64,000 nucleotides of DNA, taken from the NCBI GenBank assembly GCA_964304625.1, contig OZ199839.1:11822479-11886478 (forward strand), given 5' to 3'. Position numbers and translations under genes: made by a program. Origin of the DNA: Kudoa neothunni. Its lineage: Eukaryota; Animalia; Cnidaria. Every line of letters starts with the position of its first letter. Positions within the stretch are counted from its first letter, which is position 1. This document shows positions 52,695 to 64,000 of the stretch, one piece after another. Under the pieces are notes generated by a model, which saw only the letters and a program-made list of their open reading frames with translations, was not told the origin of the DNA and made no database searches.

Positions 52695-55600
52695 ATGGTT
52701 TTGATGAAAAATATCTCAAGATATTTGTTTGGTAACGTTAGCTGTTCATTTTCCTTCAATGATTGTTTTTCCTAGTTTTTGTAATCTTAATTACAATAAA
52801 AGATATTCCTGGTGCTCACCTAGCACATAGCATATGCGATCAATATGACGAACAGAGAACAAATTATTTACGAATGCACAACGAACTTTCTGATCTAAAT
52901 ACAAAATATAAGAAAACAATAGAATTAGCTGAACCAATGATACAAAATTTAGAATCTAACAGCACAGAATATCCTCGCGAGAAAATCGACTCAATGTTAA
53001 GTTTGAAATATGCCAATATTAAATTGGGAATATATCCAATATACGAGATAGATCCATTTGAACAACTGGGTATAAATTTGTTGACAACCGGACGTCCCAC
53101 GTTCCTCAAGATTCAAAGGGCTGGTATATGCTATTCAAGTTTATTGAGCGCAAAAAGCTTTATGTTTTTGTTAAAATCCGCAAATAAGGAAACTAATGAT
53201 TTCTTAAAGTCAACAAACGAAACTCATATAAATGTATTGAAAAATGATAAAAGCAAATGTAATGCAGCAACTACCAGAGACGAATTTTCAAAATATGTCA
53301 CATATATGGATGATAACAAATCTAAAATCGCCAAGCATTTTGAAGAGCTAAAAAAATATAAAACGAAACTGTACAGTTGCAATTATGATCCTTTGGAAAA
53401 GATTATAAACCTAAAACCGATCAAAGATAGTTTTATTGATCCTTTCTATCAAGACATGTTTGACGCAATGATACCTTATTTTAAAGAACTCAGAGCCAAA
53501 CTGGAAAATATTGTGAACACTTATGATGCATATAAAAAATATGTGACTGATTTTACACGTGATGCAACTGAATTTAACGCCATCAATTTATCTAATTATG
53601 TTGTCCAAAATGTGAACGAAGGACAAAGTCTATTTGAAAATACAGAAGCTTTGTTAAGCTCCACTATTGGCTACTTGTCTTCGGATCTGCGGAGTACATT
53701 GACGACAAAAATCAATGATTTACACCAACAATTGGCTTTAGCTAAAGCACAAAATGATTCGATTGCTACGTATAAGGAGAAAATAAGAATAATTACCGAA
53801 ATCATAAATGAGCTGAAGAAAACTATTCCAGACCTTATTCGAGAATTAGAACCGGTAAAAGAACAAGCGGCAAAATTCATACCTAGAATTGATAAACAGC
53901 AATCAACCATGGACATCAAAGACTATGTTTTTGAACGCAAAGAGTTGGACATGGAGATATACAACTTTTTACAGAAAAACGACGACTTCCTTACTCAACG
54001 TTTAGCGGCGGGAAATATAACGATCAGTGGATTGGTAAAAGATATCAATGGTAACATCTCAGAACTCAGATCAGTAAGTACCTCGATGCTTCCTACAACG
54101 AAGGATACTTATGCTTCATACTACGAAGAAATTAAATCCACTGTACAAAAACTAACTACGACTGATATTCCTAATCACGTAAAACAATTAAAGGATCAAC
54201 ATATTAACAAATTTATCATCGATGATCCATCTACTAAATTAACGGAAATTGACAAAAAAGAAAAAAAACTCATTAGATACCCTGGATTCTATAGAAACTC
54301 AAATAAAAGTTGATTTATTTGCCACTATAATTCGAGAATTGGATTCTGCAAAAGAAAAACTAGCAACAGTAACTGGCAATAATTACAAATTACAAATGGA
54401 TTTAGAATCACATAAATCTACGCCGCTTGGACCCAATGGAAACAGATTGTCCAAAAGTTTCTCAACTCATGTTGATAAATTAATGGCGGAACTCATACCA
54501 ATGTATTCTAAGGTTACTGAATTGCGATCAAATATTGGTAATATTAAAGAAAAAATTGGCAGTAACCGCAATGATTTAAGTCAAATTGGTCAAAGGAAAC
54601 AAAAAATTAGAAACGATTATGCTGAAATCCAAAAAGCCAAAACAGAATTATTAAATACTCTCAATGAACCATACCCACAGTTTAAATCTTTGTTTGATAG
54701 CAAGATGGAGATTGTAAACTCGAATATTATAAGTGATATTTCTAATGTTAATGCATCTGTTGACGGATACGAAAAAGCTGTTGCTTCCATACAAATGGAT
54801 GTCAATGAACTTAAAAATGAGATTAACAATTTAACAACTAAAGTTAACTCAGCTGCAACAAAAATTGATAATACTGAAAGAACACATTCGAGTATGGTTG
54901 AATCCCTCACTCTTGGTTTGAAATCAGTCGAAAAGTTGGATGAAACTGTATACACAGGGTTGAAACAACAACTTGGTGATAGATTCAACGAATATAAGAG
55001 AGAACTTAGTCAACAAGAAAATAGCCAAAAAGAAGAACAAAGTTACTATTCCAAGTCGGTCAATGATGCCACAGAATTGATTACAAAAATCCAAGAAATT
55101 AATAAGAATAATAAGTTAAAGGATCTTATTGAGAACCAATTGTCGGTGGAAAATACATTCGGTAGCTTAAAACATTCTGTAGATGAACATGATAAACTTG
55201 TTGCAGCTGGCAAATCTGAAGTTAATGACCTTGAAAGTAAATATACTACATTGTTGACCGAATGTGATCAAGCAAAAGAATCTTATGAGAAGAATTATAA
55301 AGAAATTGGAGGTCTTTTTGATACTTATGAAAATCATGTAAATGGCGATTCAACCTTCTCAAACAATTCGACAGTTGAGCAATTATTGGAAGCTAACTCC
55401 GAAATGAAAAAAAAATACGAACAATCAAAGTCATCAACTGATGTTATAAAAGAAAAAACTGATTGATCTACGTGGTATCAGTCCAACCTTGGATAACGAC
55501 GTCAACAAACAAATTCAAACCATCAAAGACAAAATGAACCTTATTAAAGGATTTAAAACATCCAATAAAGAATATTTCGTAAGACTTGGTCATCTAAAAG

Positions 55601-56583
55601 ATATAGCTGTTGAAATTAATGATGCAAAAGTATTGCTTGATGGAAAAAAGGAATCACTTACTAGCTTCCAAGAGTTGTTGGAGACACAATATACCCAAAA
55701 CGTGAAACTTATTTCTCCCAAACAAACCGAAATTGAAAATTCTGCTATAACGGAGAAAGCATCTCTCAAGACGGCAAAGGATAAAATCTTAGAAGAATTC
55801 AATGAATATGACCAGGCTCATCAAGAAATGACAAATAAAGCTAATAGGAAGGAAACGGATGTTACCCCAAGTTTAACTGATAAGTATACTAAACTTTTAG
55901 AGACGAAAAATAAAATTAGTGGTGATATTGATAAACAAATAAACCTTATTTCAGATAATCTATCCGAGGGATTAACGCACTATGCAAATGAGAAAACAAA
56001 ACTCGGAGATCAATATTCTAACCGAAAAACGCAATCCAATACCTGGAAAGAAGAGATCGAAAGCCTTCTCAACGATTATATTACTTCGCAGACCATTGAA
56101 AATAATGAAATGGTTGGCTTAAAAGAAAGACTCGACACACTTATTAAAAATATCGACAGTTTCCTTGATAGTAACAAAGATGAACTTACAATAAAAGAAT
56201 TCACCGATGTTATCAAAGCTACCATCCCAGTTAATGTTTCTTCATATAAACAAGAAATTGAAACTGCCCAAGCAGCTGACAAACAATTCTCTGACTTCCT
56301 AGAAAAGAATGAAACGTCACAACAAGAAGTCATATCTGAGAATAATGATATTAGTCAAGATACCCCTAATGATGCACAAAATTATGAAACTGACACGCAA
56401 AAATATAGTGCAGTTAATGGCCATTCGAAGAATATCGCCTCAATGGATTTTTTCAAATATATAATGGCAGGTGCTGCTATAGCAACTGTTTGCTTGGTAA
56501 TTGGAGGTGCAATACTAAAATACAGAAGTCTCAGAAAGAGAGAAATTTACAACAAGTGCGAAAATATATACATTAAAGCTTAA
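52695..56583 (+). CDS. Orphan ~1270-aa type I membrane coiled-coil protein; two +1 frameshifts (error, pseudogene or recoding)
   Basis: Exon 1 52695-52731, 44-nt intron, exon 2 from 52776 give the signal-like MVLMKNISRYLFVFVILITIKDIPGA. ORFs 52763-54313, 54249-55466 and (55450)-56583 share K/E/N/I/L heptad composition. C-terminal TM YIMAGAAIATVCLVIGGAIL followed by a 21-aa basic tail. Confidence 0.85.
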
Positions 56584-57096
56584 AAAAGTGCCATATTAAA
56601 TTATAACTATATTAGCTCTATATATAGATTACGTTAGTGTTACATTAATATAGTATTTCACTAATAGATTGTTTGTTTTCTTTTTTGCATTATAAATGAT
56701 GTCTTCTATAAAAATAAAAATTATAGTGAGTTTTCTTTGGACGCAAATATTTTAATATAATTTTAAATCAATGATATTAATACTAGTATTACAGATTAGT
56801 TCGCTTGAAGCTAAGTTTGTATGTATCCTGGTCGTATTCGACGAGAACAATTTAGAAAAAAAAATTTGTACACTTGACCCTCTCAGCACAAACTTAAAAA
56901 ATACGCGTATGCCCAAAGTGCCCAATTGGAATACATTCGGTGACCACTAATTCGCAGTAGTTTTTGTGCGCGCGTGATAAAAATAAAATGAAAACCTGAT
57001 TTACATTGGTTCATCGATTTAAGAATATTCATAATTAAGATCAAACCTAAAAAACAATAAAGCCCTCTTTTGGTGTGCCAAAAATAATTGTTATAA

Positions 57097-58279
57097 TCCT
57101 TTATATATATAAAAGAGGACTGTCGGTATGTTTGTGTGTGTGTGTATGCCCCTAAGTACGCGTGTGTGAATAATTTTTTCCTTATACAGAGCCATATATA
57201 AAATTTTTATAAATTTATGATATTTAAAAAAATCGTTTAATTGTTTTCGGACTACGAAAGTTTCCAAAAAGTATTTATGAAATAGTGATTTTGTCGATTT
57301 AAAGTTTGTTTTCGGATTAAATGAGTTCAACTATAGTAGGATTAGCACTTGCTTATTTCATGGTTATGGTCGGTTGAAGTGAACTATCTCCTTTATATGC
57401 TCCATCATATGTTCATTAACTGCTTCTATCTATCTTTATATATAAGGTTGGCGTTTCTATTTGGGTGTCTATTTAAACACACTCCTTATTTGCGGAGTTT
57501 TAACGTATATGACTTGATAAGTATATTTTATAAGTTCTATTAATGGTTTTAAATGTGGTAAAAAATCTATATATGTTTCATAAATAACGAATTCGTGGAG
57601 AACGTTAAAGTTACGTTGATTGGAGCGTCATAATGGAAATACTGCGTTCATAGGTTTCATTAAATTGTCCGCTAAGTTTTACTTTACGTGATTAAATTTA
57701 ATGCGGATGGTTGTACTTTTATTTCACTAAATTATTTAAATTGTTTATGTTGAAATCGACGCAATTTGTGGCTGTTTATGATAAAAGCGCATGTATGTTT
57801 ATGCCGAGCTAAACAATGCTAATTTTAACAATATCGACTAATTTTCATAAGTTTTCTTCTATCTCTTTTAATTTTTCTATTTTTTTATCTCTTAAAAAGT
57901 TAGTGGTGCACACAGTTACCGAGCCGGATCAGAGTTCGACTTTTAAAAATCCTCCAGGCCAAAAAATAACGTTTTACATAACACTTTAACGGGATTTAAA
58001 TAATTCGGACTGAAAAAAAATACAACGTTCACCTTAACTTGTTTAGCGTTGATGCCGAGCCACGAAATTTTTAAATGGACGCAGGGATTAATACATTCCT
58101 TCACAGAAATTATCATAATTTAAATTGCATAATCCAAATCGTTGTAGTAAGTTGCTTAAAAATTTTTAGTTATTTTGTTTCTACGGGTTAATTCGAGATT
58201 TCAATATATTTTTTGAATGCTATTAAAAAATGCCTCTAGGCGAAATCTTCCCCAAGCAACGCTGGGCAGTTCGAGCTAG
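57097..58279 (+). mobile_element. Non-autonomous Helitron
   Basis: Inserted between A (57096) and T (58280). 5' TC + TATATATAAAA + (TG)n; 3' hairpin CCCAAGC-AAC-GCTGGG about 9 nt before terminal CTAG; no TSD. Confidence 0.82.
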
Positions 58280-58339
58280 TTTTTAATAAAAAGATAACTT
58301 TGTGAACCTTTATTTTCGAGAAAACAAAAAATAGCTTTA

Positions 58340-59107
58340 CACATTAGTGAAATCAGTTTTGTAATATCTTAATTACTCTAGGAGATATTCGTTACCGTAA
58401 GAATAGCCACTGCCTTTTTCTTATTTGTTATACTCCTTTACTTGCGCTTAAAAGCTCCCCACAAACTTTCAATTCCGTTAGTGTGAACATCGGTGGCACT
58501 GACGAATTCATATGTATGAATCACTACGTCATGCTGGTATGCAATATTTTCTAAGTTTTCGTAGCTTGGCTATCCATTAGTGTGTATTATTGAACCCTGA
58601 TTAACATATTGAAGAATAATCCCTTCTAATGTCGGTTGACCTCTAATTTCGGTTTGAAACATGAAGACTTCTCCATTTTCATCGACACCCCCGACAATCC
58701 ATACACTATGAGTTTGCAAGATCCTCGGAACATGAAACTTTCTCTTGCAAATTTGACTTTCGTCAATTTGCCCCTTTATTCGGGGCCCGCCTATTTTAAT
58801 GGGGTTCATGATATAATAGCTCAGACATAAGTCCCGCATGAAATTTTTCCAGTTGCATACCTTCCTAGTAGACTCTAATCCGCATTCTAAATCCACAAAT
58901 GCATACACTATCTAGGCAAAAGTCCAATTTCAATTAAAAATTTCCACAGTTCATCCTTCCTATCTTTGAGATATGTTATTTTTTCAACGTTTAGTTCATA
59001 AAAATTATCAGTTGAATAAACAGCGGGAAGTATTCGTGGTTTGGGGGAGTCGTGCGATCTCATAATCGAAAAATCCCAAGTGTTGATGGTGTTTGTAAAC
59101 TTTAGCC
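58340..59107 (-). mobile_element. Merlin transposon remnant
   Basis: KIGGPRIKGQIDESQICKRKFH..WIVGGVDE..IIHTNG, then VIHTYEFV..DVHTNGIESLWG. GGCTAAAG terminus at 59107 (-). Confidence 0.88.
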
Positions 59108-59699
59108 ATAATAATTATACTAGGTTATCATTTACATGTGATATCGGTTTTATTAAAAAAATCATTTTATCTAAGACATTAACGTTTTGTACAACCTATG
59201 TTAATACAATTTTATAGTGTTTTCTGGCAATTAATTTCCGCCACTTATTAATATGATTTTATTTTACACTTTCTTTTACTTGCGCTCTCACAAATCACGC
59301 ATTATCGTATTTTTTTAGAGGAAATTAAAAAGAATTTGGTTTGTGGTTTTCATAAAACAATTAGTTGAACTTCTTCAATTACTTCGTATAAATCACAATT
59401 GATGTTGTTTGATAATTTCTTAATTCTAGTAAATATAAAAAAATATATGAAATAATCATTTTAATTCTTGTAGGAAAAGCTACCTTCATATTAAATAAAA
59501 AAAATGTTAACATAGCGCAAATATTCATTTGAAAGGATTAACTTTTCTGAATATTTAAAAATTGAACAATTATATACATGTACTAACTAAAACTTTTATT
59601 TGCAGTTATAGCATTTAGTTCGTGAATTTCATATGCAAACTTCCGCATATTTATCATTATTATCCTGCACAATGTGCTTAAAAATGAAACTTGATGTGA

Positions 59700-60790
59700 T
59701 AATGACATTGATCACATTTTTATTCACATGCAAAACAAAATCGGGATGATTTTATCTCCCTCGATCTGTCAGGTCCAATAGTTTGGGTGGAATATAGCGA
59801 TTGTTTTGCCTTATGGTGCCTGTAAGGGTGAGATTCTTCTCCAATAAAAATGAAGCAAGAGGAACACAGGTGAAAAAGTTATCTGTGTTGACACCTCGAC
59901 CAGTTCTATAATATGGGAAAACAAGATCCTTCACTACTCGTTCTCAATGGTTAGCTTCTCTTTTTCTTCAAGTTTTCCAATACATAATTGGATACTGAGG
60001 AGATACGTTGTAACCTCACCTGCAGCTACCCACAAATTTAATCCATAGCGTTCAGGTTTACTTTTCATATAAATACGAAATGGGCACTACGCTCGAACCC
60101 AACCATTCACCCATCAATAGTAATATGGGAGCCAGGAGAATAGTTTTCAAGAAATGATACATTAATGAGATCGAAAATCTCATGGATAGACTTTAACATA
60201 TCCCCAGTAATGTTGAACCTTGAAATTCTCGTTTATCCATCATCAAATCGTACTGTACGATATATATGGGGTTAAATTTGTCGCTAGGTATTAAAGCTGA
60301 AAATAGAACTTAGTTTAAAAGTGGATTTGTATCCCACACTTGTTTGAAAGACAATTTCGATCCGTTGCATTTCTAGAAGCGATCGAAACCTTTAAAAAAG
60401 CTTTTAACCCTTCCATAGACTGGTATGGTTTTCTCATGAATATATCGCATGTTGCCTTGAATAAACTTATTTTTATAGTAAAGAACTTTTTCTAGGGCAA
60501 AATATGAGAAAAATAAGGCGAAGAAATCTATAATAGGTTCAATATTGAGAGCTCCTATGAGTTCATGTTCTTTTCTTTAGTTTGTTCAAAAACTTCCACC
60601 CATAACCTGATTTTGAAACCTATATATTATCAATATCCTCATATTCCGCTGAAGATTCATGAGAATTAATAATGTCATCATAAGACTAAAGATTCAACAG
60701 GAATCCTTCGAATTCCAAGTCGATGTCATAAGTTTCATCACCGTTGGAGTCATTACTCAAACAATCAGAATCATCAGTCGACATAACTTT
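59700..60790 (-). mobile_element. piggyBac transposase pseudogene
   Basis: Acidic N-terminus near 60785; PFRIYMKSKPERYGLNLWV; GRGVNTDNFFTCVPLA..LTGTIRQN. Related to 10718-14107. Termini not identified. Confidence 0.88.
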
Positions 60791-61361
60791 CTAAATATAT
60801 TAGGTTCCACGTAGAACGCAATTATTCAACGTTGTAAAAATAACGTATAACAAAGTTTGGATTCAGGTACCGATAATCCTTAACTTGATCTGTGTGAAAT
60901 TTCGGTATTCGTTTAGGCTGATTGTAAAACAACAGAGCCTGGCAGAATTAGTCTCCTATTTACAACATAAACTTTATTTTTCTTAATATTTATACTATGA
61001 GACAATAAAAGTGTTATATCCCTAGAGATTAAGCAATAAACATAATTAATTTACCGCTCACTTTGAGGGATTATATATTATATTCTCCCAGTTATCGTAT
61101 TTTGAGTTAACGCGTGCCTCTTTCTTAGCGTAAATTTGCAACTGTTTACAAAAAGGTCAAAAATAAATGAATCTTAATGATTTTTAATGTTATAAAGTAT
61201 TGCTTATATTGATAAAATACATGTGTTTATTAATAATGATTCGATACCTTTATTTTGACCATATGTGTAAAAGCGTAAACCCCTCTACGAAGCTTACAAG
61301 AAATTTGAACGATATAATAACTTGAGTTGTACCATAAAACATGGAATTATCTAAAGGCAAT

Positions 61362-63920
61362 GGCTATTGCTACGGGTCCGTTTAATCCGCATGATACGGG
61401 GGTTGTCTATTGCTACGGGAGGGAATAACTCCAAATCTACAATCTCACATAAAATTTGAAATTTATATTTGTAATCGATGATTTTTAGTCTAACATCATT
61501 AATTGTTGTGGAGAAAATTTGAGATATTGAAATTTCTAATATTGTAACTAAAAATTTCCTGTTTTACGTTTTGTCATGAGTAATGTTAAATAAATATTTT
61601 AACTTTTTACTAATAATGGTTTTTTTAATCAAAAAAGCAAAAACCAGACGTTGTGTTTTATGTATAAAACGTCCACCTTATTACCTCTTATTGTACCTAA
61701 TATATTTAATCTGGCGCAGCTAATGTAATCAGTTAAAATATGCTTAACTAGGTTTTTATAAAATGAAATAATTGTATGTATATATATATATATATATTTG
61801 ATTTATAGATTATATGTATATGTATAATTACATATCTACAAAATATATTAAGTATTACCGCTATTCATAGCAAACGATTAGAACATTCTATGTAGTGAAT
61901 TCAATAAATATATTTAAAGTTATGTTTAATTTTATAGTTAAAATCAATATGAAAGCTTACTGTTTGCATTTAAATAGCGGTGAGCATTTTTCTAACTTCT
62001 TAAATGTTATTGCTACGAATATAAATAAATTATTAATTTAAATAAGAGTACAATTTAAAAAAAACTTAAATTTTACTCTAATGCGTTATCTGAAATTAAT
62101 TTCTACAATAGAAGGAAACACGTTTTGTATTCTTGAATACAGTAACCTGTGCGGGAATCAAAGTTTTCCTTGTAGCGTCATTTGTACGATGGAACCCTCT
62201 TCTGGATTGAAAGTTGACATACATCACTCATTAAAAGAAATATTAATCGTTATGAACATCTTTTTTCCTACAAAATAAAAATGATGGAATAGCTTAGAAT
62301 ATAAAATTCCAAAATATTTTAGTAAAGTATTAATTTACTACAAAATAACGTTTGTATTATTTGCGACTCTCCATAAAAAAGAAAGCTTAAAGGTAACAAA
62401 AATCGCCAACATATAGAGGTAACTGCCTGTCTAGCATTACTTTTTAAGTTAGTAACGATATGGAAAATTTTTTCATAATCATATTTTTAAATGAGATACA
62501 CAATCGTCTTTGTAATGATTCGATATACAAATTCCTACCTCATCAACAAAAAGTCGATTTCTCAGATAATCATCTTTTTGAATTGATATCACTTGGATCT
62601 AATAAAAAGCATACAAAAAAATGTTATGCTATGAACCGAGTAAAAATATCACAGTGAAAGCCCTACACAATGTGAAAACAAGAGGAATAACCAACATGGA
62701 TGTATTCACGACTGTCAGTATGTCAATTCACAATTTTAATTGTTATGTTAAAACTAATAAGATGACAATAATGTTGTTACTTGATTATTTTTGGTTGATC
62801 ACCTAATGAGACTTACTCTTCAATTTTGTTGAAACTTTATGTTAACGAAAGCAATACATAAACTTTCGAATTCTCGGTGATTGTACAATCAAATATTTTA
62901 GATAAATTCCACGATTGGTATTTTTATTAGTGCGCCCTTGTATTTAACTGTTGCTGACGATCCTATTTGAGAATTTCGCTTAACTTATGCACGCATTTTG
63001 TATGAAAAAATTCATGCAGGCATTAATGGCTTCTTGACATAAATTTTAGAATGCTTTCCTATTTTGAATGAAAAATTATGTATCGTTGTTACGGTTGCGA
63101 ACATTAAGTAAGGGAATTTTTGAGAATTGTCTCTTCAAATACCAATTTTTTACCAGGAAACTTTGTGTAATACAAATATTTCAAAGGAAGTTAGTCCAAA
63201 ATAATACGAAATAACAACTGATACTTGAGATAAATTCATTAAAATCTTACCAAATATTAGTTGGGGCTATCATTCCCACTGAGAGTGAAAACAATCGGAT
63301 GACCTAAACAACGTAGGCTAACAGTCATTTCTTTTTCTAGAAAAAAAAACATATGAAAAAATAATATACTAATTATTAAATTACCAACTGTTTATCAAAA
63401 AAAGTTTGATTTGAACACAACAATTGTATCATAATCAGTCTAATACAATATTTCTAACTCATGCGCTTAATACATTTCGTAAACTAATAATTTACTATCT
63501 AACTGTTTTAAATTTTCAAATTATATAAATATGCCGCCTATCTAATATAAGTGAGCAGTTGCCACAAAATTAAAAACGTTTCTTGGCGCTCGATCATATC
63601 AGCAGAAGCCAAAATTGTTTAGTTCATTTGACTATTATCCTTATTAGCTGATTTTACGCAAGAAATTTTGCATATTAATTTTACTAAACGTTGAAAAGAT
63701 GAGCTAAAACTATTTTTTAATCCAAAATTCCTTACAATGATGTTGTATTTTTCAATGGCTCAAATTTTCTCCAAAACGGTTAATTATGTTAGGCCAAAAA
63801 TCATTTATTACAAATATAAATTTCAAATTTTATGTGAGTTTGTAGATTTGGAGTTATTCCCTCCCGTAGCAATAGACAACCCCCGTATCATGCGGATTAT
63901 ACGGATCCGTAGCAATAGCC
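61362..63920 (+). mobile_element. Long-TIR DNA element (~2.56 kb), probably a decayed MULE
   Basis: About 170-bp inverted repeats (61362-61532 vs 63750-63920) starting GGCTATTGCTACGG. Internal fragments IHN..ELISLGSNKKH..KNITVKALHN resemble MULE/ZSWIM-type transposases (weak). No TSD seen. Confidence 0.62.
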
Positions 63921-64000
63921 AGTGTCTTATCTCTAAATTGGAATCACGAACGACACCGAACCAACCTGAGAAGGATTAATATACCCAATAAAATATGACT

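Noticed and set aside
55443-55452. 10-nt GT..AG micro-intron that would repair frameshift 2
   Set aside because: Far shorter than any intron seen here, and no equivalent exists at frameshift 1.
52864-56333. Antisense ORFs within the coiled-coil gene (and similar ones in the GPCR, ADAM and importin genes)
   Set aside because: Shadow ORFs from codon bias on the coding strand, with no independent features.
1-64000. CRISPR array, prokaryotic defence or phage system
   Set aside because: No regularly spaced repeats. Spliceosomal introns and animal gene families show eukaryotic DNA, and the ISXO2-like ORFs are eukaryotic Merlin elements.

Overview
Eukaryotic, very AT-rich animal-type DNA. Genes are split by tiny GT-AG introns (about 39-55 nt), so the ORF track fragments them. 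Inference only: a compact-intron metazoan parasite such as a myxozoan. Five host genes can be built by hand. (1) The 3' part of an adhesion GPCR (<1-7811, +) with tandem one-exon-per-domain FN3-like modules, a GAIN/GPS region and a full 7TM. (2,3) Two tandem ADAM metalloprotease paralogs (-) that appear to lack the prodomain and share a 1381-bp near-identical tract. (4) A divergent importin-beta/HEAT gene (-). (5) An orphan ~1270-aa type I coiled-coil surface protein (+) broken by two +1 frameshifts at similar A-runs. The rest is largely decayed, partly nested transposons: piggyBac, Merlin/ISXO2-like, mariner, hAT, a probable MULE, Helitrons, Gypsy remnants and tRNA-derived SINEs. No rRNA, functional tRNA or CRISPR array was seen. 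Best novelty candidates are the prodomain-less, partly homogenised ADAM pair, the modular adhesion GPCR and the doubly frameshifted surface protein.
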